Assembly (NCBI GenBank): GCA_051294905.1
Contig: CM119371.1
Span: 29,328,001 to 29,392,000 of the forward strand
DNA: 64,000 nt
DNA from: Botryllus schlosseri
Lineage: Eukaryota
Reading direction: 5' to 3'
Below the pieces are notes generated by a model, which made no database searches, was not told the DNA's origin, and saw only the letters and a list, made by a program, of their open reading frames with translations. Positions 1 to 12,197 of this stretch are shown in pieces. Position numbers and translations under genes: made by a program. How positions within the stretch are numbered: position 1 is the stretch's first letter; the number at the start of each line of letters is the position of its first letter.

Positions 1-527
1 TATCAGATCCTATAACTAACAGCACAATACTGTGATACTAAGATGAGATTGGAACGAGTTGAAACTACTTGGTGAATTGTCATCACCTCATAGTATGTTC
101 GTTCATGCAGTATTTACAGGTTACAAATAAACTCATGTAAATTTAGGTTACAATCTCAGAGTAAATATCGGAAGATGTGGATATTATTATAATAACTCAG
201 TTTAGTACTGCTAGGTGTGCGTATTGTATATTACAGATTCAGTCAGTTGCGATGTTAGGCCTGCACCACAATCCATGGGGTAATTTCATTGCTACAAATT
301 TATCTATTATTGTCTAATTCCATTGCGGCTATATGCTATATGCAGTATACACCATATCAGACATATACATATCGCATGCTGAATTCGAGCAGTAAAGTGA
401 TGTAACAATACTCAGATAATATCTAATTTGTTAGAATATAGCATGCCAACGTTCTGGTTTTATACTGAAATATAACTTATGCGAATTATCCACGTGTTAT
501 AGATCCGAGAAAACTACCATGCCTCAC

Positions 528-673
528 CAGTTCAATTATTTGATGTAAAAATACCGTGAGATTAACCGAAAGGACGTTGTTAGTGTCGTTCACGGGTCTG
601 ATGTCCTTTTTGTAATCCAAATACATATCGTAGACAAGTTTTTGTGCGTATCTCCTATCGGCCGCGAAGGAAT
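528..673 (-). CDS. Internal exon (146 bp) of a Cys-loop ligand-gated ion channel, nicotinic acetylcholine receptor alpha9/alpha10-like; gene continues beyond the left edge
   Basis: Acceptor tttgctttcag, donor GTGAGG. Encodes DSFAADRRYAQKLVYDMYLDYKKDIRPVNDTNNVLSVNLTVFLHQIIEL, colinear with the remembered CHRNA9 N-terminus ([43 protein letters not shown]). Signal-peptide exon not located. Confidence 0.85.
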
Positions 674-783
674 CTGAAAGCAAAGTGTCGTGGAACTTGA
701 TTATTCATATTATAGCGTTGTACAAAATTGTCCATACAAAGCATTGCCGTGGTTACACAAGTATAGCAGGAAAGTATCGTGAC

Positions 784-1220
784 TAGGGCAAGTTTTGTTG
801 CAGTTAAATCCATGGAAAGTTGCATTTACTTTTGACAAAATTGCAGTAAAAAGTTGCATTTATTTTCTCACAAAAGTTGCACTAAAAGGCCACATTTTGC
901 TCGGTTGACTAAACAAAAGGTCAACTTCTCAGTTCCACTCCCGAAATACAGTTTTCCATCCGGATTCTCAAAGGGTCAACTTTCCGGCTCAGCAACCGAA
1001 ATACCCATGAGCCGTGTATTTCACCAAAATCGAAAATTCTTTCATGAAAAATCGAAAAAGTTGCAGAATGTTGCTAAAAGTTGCATGAAACCAAATGGAC
1101 AAAAGTTGCACTATAAGATTCTTTCAAACAGCTTAAAACAGCATTCTACATATCTTCCGAGTATTTAGGAAGCTGCCGGAAGCTGTAAAAAAGTTGCAAA
1201 AGTTGCAAAAACTTGCTCTA
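784..1220. mobile_element. Non-autonomous hAT-like MITE with AAGTTGCA subterminal repeats
   Basis: TIRs TAGGGCAAGTTTT / AAAACTTGCTCTA; degenerate 8-bp TSD ATCGTGAC/ATCATAAC; many AAAGTTGCA copies inside. Confidence 0.7.
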
Positions 1221-2267
1221 ATCATAACATATCAATGGTTAATGGTTATACTCATCTACAGGTATAGAAATTGGAGTCTCACTTACTCGCACAAGCACAT
1301 TGTATATACAAGTAGAAAACATTCTAAGCTGGGAAAGGTAAAATCGGCTTCATGGGGTGGGGGTGGCATCAATAGGTAAATGTCACGACCTCATGAGATA
1401 CCATATAATGACTACTGGCGCAATTCTGGAACCATAGTGTCCTAAATTGTGTGGATGTGAACACAGCGATATCGAACGGATCACTGCGTTTGGGTTACGT
1501 CATACTTTTAATTTGATCAAAGGCAATTTCGCGGCAATTTTTGAACGACTTGCCGAGCGCTACATTTGATTAAACCGGTATCAATCGAATGCTGCTGCTG
1601 TACTGATTACGAAAATATAAATTTTATTCTGCTCGTGGTCCTGTAACCCCCCAACATTAGCTTCGATACGTTAAATCTGTCGTTGTTTATCGATTTTTCT
1701 GGCATTTTGAATGTTGGTTCCGAGGTTAAAATCAACGCGGTAGCCGGTGAGGCGTAACTTTGGTTGTCAGTTTTCGGATAGGTGGTTAGTGTTACTTATG
1801 CTCGATTGGATCGAGAATTATCATAAAAACCAAGCCTTTGCAAATGATCTTCAGACTGGTGGCACTGGGTTGCGGACTAGCTTGCCCACTTAACCACTTT
1901 CAAATCCTCAAAACCGCAACAGTACATTTTATGATCCTTTTTACCTCGATTTGAAATACTTAGCCTACTTTTGCAACGTAAACCATGACTAAGTGATAGT
2001 AAGTTGATAAGTTCGGGCAAGTAGCCATAAATCGCTCGAGCTCCCTCGGAATTCCCTCGGGATTTGATTTCAGCAGAGAATCAACGCGAAATACATACAT
2101 AAATATTTGACACGCAAGTTGCCGATACTGTGACATTTGGTACGCGGCATATAAAAGGTTGGCGAACCCTGGTGCAGACTACCTTAAAAACGATGCAACT
2201 CGTGTAGCCTACACCATTCCAAGGCATAGGTAAACAATGAGCGAAACTGCTCAAGTAGGATCTATAG

Positions 2268-3464
2268 CAGAGGTCTCAAACACGCGGCCCGCGGGTCGCA
2301 TGCGGCCCGCCAGAGCATTTCGTGCGGCCCGCGACGACATTTTAAATTTTTATCAATTTGACAATATATAAGTCTCGCATATATCTTTACAGGTTATGAA
2401 TGAAAATTCCCCCTTAAATTGATTCGAAAGCCTGAAACTATTCATCAAAATTCGCTATCACATCAATTATAAACGCTACCATGCAGTGGAAGATTCACTA
2501 TTTCGCCACATTTCCAATTCATGATCACAAAACCTTACCCTTAGGCTAATAGTGACTGAAATTTGTGAGTTGGACTTGGACGCGAGCTATCTTAGAGTTA
2601 CTCAGACTCGGGCTAACTCGATGGCAAAATGAAAATGACTCGAGTGACTCGGAATGCCATGAATTTGTTAGAACCATGGATGCAACAAACTAATCGCGTC
2701 GCAACAAACTAATCGCGTATCGGGGGAATAGTAATACATCAGAAGGCCGCAGCTTGGTATTTCGCTAACTATGCAAGTAGTTATGGCAACCATTGGCAAT
2801 CTGTTAGTTACATCTTTGGTCGCGAAACCATGTTATTAGGCCACTTAAAGGTACTGAGTACCGTAGTGGTACGGTCCAATGATGTAACAACAATGGGCCG
2901 TTCGGCGTTCCGACATTTCAATCACTAGGACACATTCATTAATATATTTATGTTTTTTTCTGCTCCTATATTTGAAGATATTTGGCCATGAGATCAGTAG
3001 CCTATACTTATCAGAAGTAACCCGAATCCTGGATTGGAATTACAATGCTCAACCTAAAAATGTTATGATATCAGATCGGTCTCTATTTATCAACCAGTTC
3101 AATTCAAAATATTCATAGTAGCTCCAAAATTATAACGCGATAGCTTTTATGATGGCATCATACATTCGTCCGCCCATGTGGTGTTTACATCTTATAATTA
3201 ATATAAATCAAGTACTACACCAATTCTATTCAAATAGTTATAAATGTGATGATTCTTTTCGTGACAGGCCTAAATTGATACAAGAGTAAATCACATTTTG
3301 ACCATGAGTGTTTGTTGGATCGGCCCACTTTCAATAGGACAATTCATTCCCGCCAAATAAGGCCTACATGGAAATACATTGAATACCCCTATAAATGCTG
3401 CGGCCCGCGGCGTCGTCAAAACTGGAAAACTGGCCCGCGAGGACATTTGAGTTTGAGACCTCTG
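2268..3464. mobile_element. Non-autonomous hAT (Charlie/Buster-like) element, 1197 bp
   Basis: TIR CAGAGGTCTCAAAC / GTTTGAGACCTCTG; perfect TSD ATCTATAG at 2260-2267 and 3465-3472; GCGGCCCGC subterminal motifs. Confidence 0.93.
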
Positions 3465-6400
3465 ATCTATAGCCTACAATGCATCATAAAAATAATACTA
3501 ACTCTTGAATGGAATATTGTATCATGTGCATATACGATAAATGAGTAACCGTTATTATTGACCAATAATTGATTAATTGGTAAACTATTTCGTTATATTT
3601 ATCAGTGACAAACCACTAACCACTATTTTAAATTCAGATGTCAGTATCGCGAAAATGCATATAGCTGCTAATCCGATGATTAAACCAGACGTTTCATGGC
3701 TCAATTACATCTAAAATATGAATCGAAAAGAAAGAATAGATAAAAAGACTATAATATCATAGTAAGTTTGACGTTATTGACACCAAAAATCTCCAAGTTT
3801 TAATCATTTTATTATTCGCATTGACAGCCAAACGCCAACACGTTTTAGCGGTACTGGATCACACGCCGAGTCCGTAAATTGGAGGATATTAATTGGATTA
3901 CAAGCACATCCAATCCATATGACACTGGAGAGCTCTTACTCGATACTAAAAACTTTTATTGCTCAGTGAGGGTATCGAGCGGAACATACGCAATTTGAAT
4001 CGATACGAAATGCTTACATTCAACTCCCGATAGTAGCATCAAATATGTCGATATGAAAATCCAGCGCAGCGAAATCACATCCCTCGTAAACAACGTCAGC
4101 ATACCTTGAAATGTTAGTTATTCATGTAGTTATGAGAAGTTAGTGTTGATAATAAAAGCTATATCAGAAAATAGGTGTATAACAGATGATTTAAATGCGT
4201 GTTTTAGCAAACAAGTTCGATGTTAACCTTGCTATCGTTTTAAATGGAAATCCTTAAACCGTTCACTTGAATTTCCCTAAAATCACCCGAAATGAAGGGT
4301 ATGGGCAATGTTGCTGCAAAAGTGTACATATACCGTTGGAGTATTCACGTAATTTTACTGTAATTGCCTTAAGCACCATAACTTGCGGAATGTAGTGAAA
4401 TTCACATCGAATACCACCAAAACGAACATTTTGACAAGGAAAGCATTTTTAAAACGTCCCTTTTAAGCGATATTCATATTTCGGATTGCAAAATAACCTA
4501 GCCTATAGTACAAACTATCAGTATTACGAAATAACATAACATGATCTATAGTCAATATTCAGTATCGTGCTATAGGCATTAACTATGTTTTCACCAATGC
4601 ATGTGCATGGCGATTTCACTTGTAGAAAGATCCAAACTCATACATGTAAACCAACTTAACTCGAATAATTTGGTCAGTAAAACATGAAGCTACTATATGC
4701 ATATTGCATATGCACCAAGTATGTCATTTAGCGTTCGGAATTATTCAACTACCATAGAAGTACAAATTTCCCAAATTGACACGAATTGGTTGATTAGGGA
4801 AAACATAGGCATCCTTCAGTTCAGTTCAGGTTATTATTATGTTTTTCAATTTAAAACACTCATCGCAGTACCCGTCGCGGACTAGGTGACTATCCTTTCT
4901 GATCCAAAGTGGAGATACACTATAATAGGTACGTTTTCGATTTTTGACTTCGCTCATAGCAGTCTAGTCTATAGTCCGTAAATTGCTGGAGCGCATAGGT
5001 CAGAAGTATCATACAAAAATACCAGTATCCTCCAGCGCCATAAATTGACGAAACACGCCGCGACTGTCTAAAAGAACCCCTTCTCGTCCTAAATAAAACG
5101 CCCCTCCCTTCGAGTATCTTCACTTATCATTTACAACCCTCAAGAGAGCAGAGGTCACGCGACATTACGCATTGGTATTGGATATTAGCGATGCCGCTGA
5201 TGAAGAAGATGACAGCGTTCACATATAGTTCTATCGATTTAATATCACCCGCATACTGGAAAATGCGTATCGTATTTGCCATAATGAGTATTCCGACCCT
5301 GTATTCTTAAGACCTGTTCTCATGGTGATGAGTTTCGCGAAATCGATAGCTGGAAATGCCACGCGTTGACAAGTACACGCAACGCGAGGCAGCGATTGAC
5401 AGCGGATGGATGCTAGTGACGGGCGTATCTAAAAGTGCTCGCGCACGTACTAGGCGTCTTTCGTCTTCACGTCATTTCATTGCAAGGGAAAATCCTGCCA
5501 CTCAAAATGTATCCACAAATGTATTCCCATCATCGTATCAAGTTCATATTGGCCAAAATTCACTTTGAAAAAGCAGAATAACGTCTTTTAAGGGGGACGG
5601 GCAAAATCAGACATCAATGTTGCATCAAATTAAAACACAACTGAAATATAATGCTGGTCATAGGCCTACACTTCAAAATATCGTAGATTTGAAGAAGCCT
5701 GCGTACTGCAGCATATATATTTCACCGATGACGGCGATGACACACCCCTATGTAATTATTGGAGATAGCCTACATCCATTCTATTAGCTATACGCGTAGC
5801 TATCCGTTCCACGTATATTGTGTCTTTGATTTAGCTTTTAATTTCAGTCAAAAATATAAGCTGTGTTCACATAATCGTGGAGATTCACAATCCATGTGGT
5901 AATACATATATCCCGATTGCTTTTGCACTAATGGTATAGGATTGGATGGAGACAGCCATAACTCATGCATTTTGTTGAAACAGCGTTTTCTTGAATTAAT
6001 TAGCGGTTCTTCTGCAGAATAATGGCCTAATTCAATGTTTCTTAAAGGACTAACTATAGTCATCTATAGTTTTGAACAACACATCATGGCAAGTCATATG
6101 GGATTGCAAGTTGAAGTCGAGACAGCGGAGTACTTTTTGGTTTATAAGTTGATTCATTAGGTGTGTGGAACAAATTAAAGACTTTCTCCGACACTTTGCA
6201 GCCCAAGCATGACATAACAGTTACCAATGCCACGTTTGCTTCTATTATAATGGTCACATGTACTTATTTGTCAGCGATGAAGCAGTTGCAGCGCTTTCAA
6301 GTCGCATCTGCTAGCATGCATGCCTCATTTTGAAAAATTATGAAGCTTCTCTCCGAAATTGCGAAATGATTAGCAGCACACCTCAGAATCTCTTAGGCGC

Positions 6401-7759
6401 AGAGTTTTGGAATCAAATGATTTCGACTGAATTATCTCAATCTGCCAATGCAGAAACCGAAGGTGCTTACATTTTCGGAAACTTATACAAGAAGACTCTT
6501 ATAAGCCCCCTACTTCGAAATGAGGTTCTACACCAAGAACGGACATTGAATTTCGAATATGGCTATATAGAGGATACTATGTGTCTGTAATATAGATTCA
6601 CAATGCAATGCCAAAAACAAATGAGTCGGCATTGTCTGCCAAAACACAATTAATCGGTCCGCTCTTTCAACATTTTTGTTGCCCGTGCAGTCACTCTAAT
6701 CACATAAAAATAGAAATATAATCCTACGGCCTTGTCTATATATAGAAATCTAAATATTTTATGCATAATATGACGGAGGCTGACTTCAATCATTGGATAT
6801 CTCCACGTCAACTAAATAATACTTCCATCGTGGGTTAGTAGATCGCATTCGAGCACGATTGCTGTTTCTCAATTCCGCGCTGGTAACAAGAATATGAACG
6901 ACTTACAACTTCTTAATCTTCTTCATCAATCAATCCAATAACTACGCAATGTCTACGAAATTCGCATGAAACACACACAACTTTCTGCTCCCAGAGCAAA
7001 ATTCGGCAAGCCCACAACACACGTTGAGAAATCGATCTTCGTGGCAAAATAAACTATACCAGTTTGATTTCGCGTTCCGCGAAACCTGATTACCATCGAT
7101 TTACAAGAGCTTGGCGCACTGGGATGCCGAGTCGGCAAAGTGTCGACTTTATGTAGGTTAACAAATATCGATTGTTTTAAATCAGAATTATCTTAATGCA
7201 GTCGTCTACAAAGAAAATATAGAAAACGGGGCAGTAGTCACGCGTGCGGATAACCGCGAAATCTGGCCGCGTGCAGGACTTAATGGTATTGCATCCGTGT
7301 TCGTCATGCAAATCTTCGAGCGGATGATGAGAGGAGTTGCAAAAGTTGGTAATTTCGGAATGACACACATTTTGATATTGGTCGCTCTTTCGATCAAAGT
7401 ATTATGACATCGTCGACTCTCCATACGAAGCGAAATATTAAGATTGGAAGCGATTGGGTCGCCTTTCAAATACATGGACTTCTACGCGCTATCCCATTTG
7501 TGGAGTATTTCATACACATGTCTGCCAAGTGAATGTATTAACTTATGTGGTTTGTAAGTACGATCTTCGGTTTGGTTGTAACCCCCATGACAGTGTGTAC
7601 ATGTGTTCACATGTAGTAAAATTATACCATCTCAATGCTCCATTATGATTCGTTTTGTCTAGGTAAGTAGCGACCTGTCTTGCGTATTAATTTTCATGCA
7701 GGCTAAATATAGTGGTGAATCTGTCACGTGGTCGCTGTGCTCTAAAATGCAGAATTAAG

Positions 7760-7841
7760 TGGCAGCGGTGGGATTTGAACCCACGCCATTGTAATGACTG
7801 GTGCCTTAAACCAGCGCCTCAGACCGCTCGGCCACGCTACC
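7760..7841 (-). tRNA. tRNA-Leu(AAG), copy 1 (4 differences from copy 2)
   Basis: GGTAGCGTGGCCGAGCGGTCTGAGGCGCTGGTTTAAGGCACCAGTCATTACAATGGCGTGGGTTCAAATCCCACCGCTGCCA; 82 nt, long variable arm, anticodon loop TT-AAG-GC, T4 tract downstream. Confidence 0.88.
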
Positions 7842-8732
7842 ACGCGACGACACGCGACGACATGTGATTTATTACGAATTCTTGATCAATAATTTTAGTG
7901 AATCAATAATCGTCAGATTACATTTTGTCAACGCCGAACGGGCTTTCTACAAACATGTTTGAGAACGTCAATTTCGAAAATTTGTTACCGTCCAGGAATT
8001 CAAACCAGGTCTCCTTATATGCTCAATCTATATCAATCGTCCATTTAAATTTACAGTAGCCTACGCCGTTCCTTGCTGTGGTGCTGCTGTTGAGAATCCA
8101 CTAGACGAGAATAAATGTACCCATTGCCAAACCTTTTTGCTATTCAAGACCGCATTACCCTCACTTCTATAGGTTACATCCGCATATGACAGCTGACAGC
8201 CGTAAAGGACCAACTGAAAGCTAAATATCCGCGTTAAATTTGCTTCGCATCAAATACAACCCTTGTGGTTCGTGGCTAAGGGATATTTATTCGCAGAGGG
8301 GTAAATGAAATGCTAAATTGTGCATGCAATTTACAAAGTAATATAATGTAAATAGCTGCGGTAACACTGCTTTAAAACTTCAATGTTAAAAGCTCCCACC
8401 CAGGACTCACAAACCCTACGGGTAACCGGATCACGATGTGACTTATCGACTTCTCCTCCTTCATACACGGGCCATATTCATTTTTATAGCTTCTCCTTTC
8501 TTCAAATATATCCCTGTCTGCCACAAACTTTGAAATAGGGATTGAAAAGGCACCTCGCGTTGCTACAAAATCGGATGAGAATATGTGGAGATATCTTCAT
8601 ATATAACATTGCACATGATATGTCAATACTACATAATTTCTTGGTTGCTCGTACAAAAAATGATATGCAACAAATGTACTCGTGAATTCGTCGTGAGGTT
8701 GCTTTGAAAAAATTAAAAAATTCACATTGAAC

Positions 8733-8814
8733 TGGCAGCGGTGGGATTCGAACCCACGCCATCGAAATGACTGGTGCCTTAAACCAGCGCCTTAGACCGC
8801 TCGGCCACGCTACC
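8733..8814 (-). tRNA. tRNA-Leu(AAG), copy 2
   Basis: Canonical eukaryotic Leu-AAG cloverleaf with A and B boxes (GTTCGAATC); oligo-T Pol III terminator at about 8707-8720 on the minus strand. Confidence 0.96.
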
Positions 8815-9695
8815 ACAGAGGCTGTCAGAACTTGCAAGTTATTCAGAATTCTTGATCACTCAAGTCCAAAACCGAGTGACGGAGATATGGCTATATACGA
8901 AACTGATAGGAAATTGTAGTTTGGAAATCGGTCCCTTCCAGGAGCTCAAACCCGGTCTTCCGATACTCTATGAATCAATCTTCTAATCGAAAGTTACATT
9001 CTGGCATTCCTTGCTTTGCTGGGGTGATGCAAGTGGGAATACACAAGACTAGAGTGGAGCAAATGTGTCCATTGCCGAAGCGTTTTGCTATGCCGGTCAG
9101 GATTATGTTTACTTCTGAAGGTTCCAGCCTCATGCCTGCGGACAGCCGTGAACAGATTTGCACAAACCACTAGATTTTCAAAAAGCGAAAAGGATCGACA
9201 TGTGAGTTATTCCAAACTCTTGATATTAAAAACTTGGAAAAAATTTCAAAACTGAGAAGTTTGTAACTTCCCGTGACCAATACCCGGTCTCCTTGGTCTT
9301 ATGAGGTGCTCCGCTAACCATATTCCCTAGAGACGCGTGACCTGCGTTCCACCGAGAAAAACCGTGCGTCTCACGAAGCAGTACGAATTGTGAATGGTGT
9401 GCGACCCGCCAAATGGATGACTATAATTCAGCTTGCAGTCTGATTCTTTCGAGATTAGCTCAAATGCGGGTGAAAAATCTCCAAAGGTGATACACACGAC
9501 AACAGAACCCAGTTGAGAATTAAATAGCAGTGATATAGCTTAGGTGCATATGTGCAGATACCTTCCTATACGTCCCACGTCCACTTACGTGTGGGAATCA
9601 TTTGGATAAAAATTTTGTGTTTAATTTATACCATAGTGCAAGTTTCAGGTTAGCCCTGCAGGGTTCCGTGTACCACGGGTGTATTGTATATTCAC

Positions 9696-10358
9696 TAGGG
9701 CTCTTCAAAAATGACTTTTCTTCTCAAATCGTACTGGCTACTTGATAAAATTGTTAGGTTACCGTATTTACGCCTACACACAAAATTTGGTTCAATTCCA
9801 GCCAGTAACCGCTTTGCTACAGGAGAAGAAAGTTTATATTTATTATATAAAAATAAATAATACAAAATTTGAAAATATTTTGCTCACCCCATGAAAGTGT
9901 TTGGCTGTCTATAGAAACGATGCTCACCAAATTTGGTTCAATTCCAACCAGTGGAAGCGGAGTTATTGCCGTCGAAAAATTTGGATTTGAATAAAATAGT
10001 ATTTACGGTGACCGATTCTTTGCTTATTTATTATAGTTGTGGTCACCGTAAATACTATTTTATTCAAATCCAAATTTTTCGACGGCAATAACTCCGCTTC
10101 CACTGGTTGGAATTGAACCAAATTTGGAGAGCATAGTTTCTATAGACAGCCTAACACTTTCATGGGGTGAACAAAAAATTTTCAAATTTTATGTTATTTA
10201 TTTTTATATAATAAATAGAAACTTTCTTCTCCTGTAGCAAAGCGGGTACTGGCTGCAATTGAACCAAATTTTGTGTGTAGGCTTAAATTAGGTAACCTAA
10301 CAATTTTATCAAGTAGCCAGTACGATTTGAGAAAAAAAGTCATTTTTGAAGAGCCCTA
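9696..10358. mobile_element. Foldback-type non-autonomous element with ~315-bp inverted arms (TAGGG termini)
   Basis: Starts TAGGGCTCTTCAAAAATGAC, ends GTCATTTTTGAAGAGCCCTA; perfect TSD ATATTCAC at 9688-9695 and 10359-10366; near-complete palindrome centred at about 10027. Confidence 0.93.
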
Positions 10359-12054
10359 ATATTCACACCCGTACATCGCGATTGCATTCTTAGCAAACAC
10401 ATTGTGTTTTCACACCCGTGTACCACCCGTTATGTACTGGTGTGAATGGTCACCCGTGTTACACCAGATGACCAGACCAAAACATACATCAGAGCTCCAC
10501 CACGGTATAAATCAGACACAATATTTTAATCCAAATGATGCTTGCTCCTAGGGAGGTAGCAAGGTTTGTAGGTCGGCAACGAGGATATATAACCGCGATA
10601 AAATTCATAGTTAGGTTATGCTGTCGCGTACCACGCACTCTTTTCGCTAAGATTGTGGTACTCGGGCGTGTATTCTCCTCAGACAAGCAATATTATATCA
10701 GGCATCGGAACCCCCAAGGTGGCGCCCGGGAGTTTAAATCTATGCGTTAGTTCAATTCTACCTTCTTTAGTTCGAAGGATATAGCAAAATGAGAAATTTA
10801 CATACGGTTACGAACTTAGATATCACGACTTATTCGTACACCTACCCTACTTTCGTAGCCTGAAACAACACAGCACGCTTTCCAGTGGCGTAGGCCTATC
10901 CAGTCCTATGCAGACACAACAAACCTGATTATGGCATGTATTTCGCGGCTATATAGTGTCAGAATCACAACATGGTTTTACCGTCATCACCAAACAAATA
11001 TATCCGGAGCCTGGTATGATATTAGAAATGGAACACTATTTTCAGATGTTGTGGCAGAAGTTCAGATAATATGTGCTACCCGGAAAATATCTCAAAGTTT
11101 TCAGTGATGACCCATTGTTTTGTTGTGTTTTGAATTTTTCGTAAAAGTTTTTTCTACTTATAATTAGATATGTGTCAGATAAATATTAAGATGTGTAATT
11201 TTATCAAAACATTTACCGGACCACGACCTGACATATCGATCACGCCATCCGTCACTTGCCACCTGATTTATTGCTTGCCACATTTTAATATCTTCTTTTA
11301 CTTTCATTCAGTGTGCAATGCGCATGCCTCCTCTTTACATCGCCTAGGCCCAAGTGGGTGTCTGATCTTAAGACTACTCCTAGTCCCTTCGGCATCTTCC
11401 TATCATTTATTGTATTGCAGTCTTGTGATATTTTGAAGCGATGAAATTTTATTAATAAACTTGAACTTGAACTTAAACTTATTTGCAAAAACGCACTTAA
11501 AAACGAGCGGTACCACGAACAAACAATCATGATGATAATTTATCAGTATTATCAGCATCGCAAAACAACAACGATAAACGGGTTTCATCATCATTCATTG
11601 GCATTTGGTACACAAGAGAGTCAGAAATTCTGTAAGCAGCTGGCAGTCATCAACTTATATTCTATGTCAGGTGGAGTCATGAATGCATAGGTAAGCCTTG
11701 TTGTGTCTCTGTCGCTGTCTGGGTGATCGTATATGAAGACACCTGTGAATATTGTGACGTAATTGATACTTTGCAAGCGGCGGTGATTAAAAGGCGGCGA
11801 CGACAATGATGCTGCAGATGGAACGATTCCCGTGTCACTACAGCTCCCATTACCATTGATTGAGTTGCGGTAATTGGCGTTTCTCTCTCTCCCGAGATGC
11901 GAAATTGAATGAGTACAATGCAATATCTTATCGCGCGCCGCATTACGAATTACAGTCTACGTAAATCGAACTACATTTACGCATAATTCACGCTTGACTG
12001 GAAGATGATATTGCCCGAGGAGATATATTGTTATGTGTACAGAGATATGATACG

Positions 12055-12097
12055 TTCACTGAAATGAAGTTATTTTCCTTTGCCGTATTTCCTTGAA
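12055..12097 (+). promoter_or_regulatory. Two GAS-like (TTCN3GAA) candidate STAT sites upstream of the cytokine receptor ATG
   Basis: TTCACTGAA at 12055-12063 and TTCCTTGAA at 12089-12097, 100-143 bp before the ATG at 12198. Confidence 0.35.
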
Positions 12098-12197
12098 TGC
12101 GATAATCAGGCGAGTGCGGTTGCGTAGTGGATATGTGACGCGGAGATGTTTAGTGGGACTTCCATTCACTTGGAAAAGGCTATGTCCGTGTCGTGAG

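Noticed and set aside
854..1168. Short ORFs inside repeats (854-1168, 25450-25884, 28900-29259, 31330-31659 and others)
   Set aside because: They lie in MITEs or antisense to real exons and show no protein-family motifs.
4334..5123. Candidate first (signal-peptide) exons of the nAChR gene
   Set aside because: The 4334-4379 candidate has a phase-1 donor but no hydrophobic core; the 4920-5123 ORF has a hydrophobic patch but no suitable donor.
11621..11923. 100-aa minus-strand ORF with a possible acceptor near 11742
   Set aside because: No recognisable domain or partner exons; it lies upstream of the receptor and could be a chance ORF.
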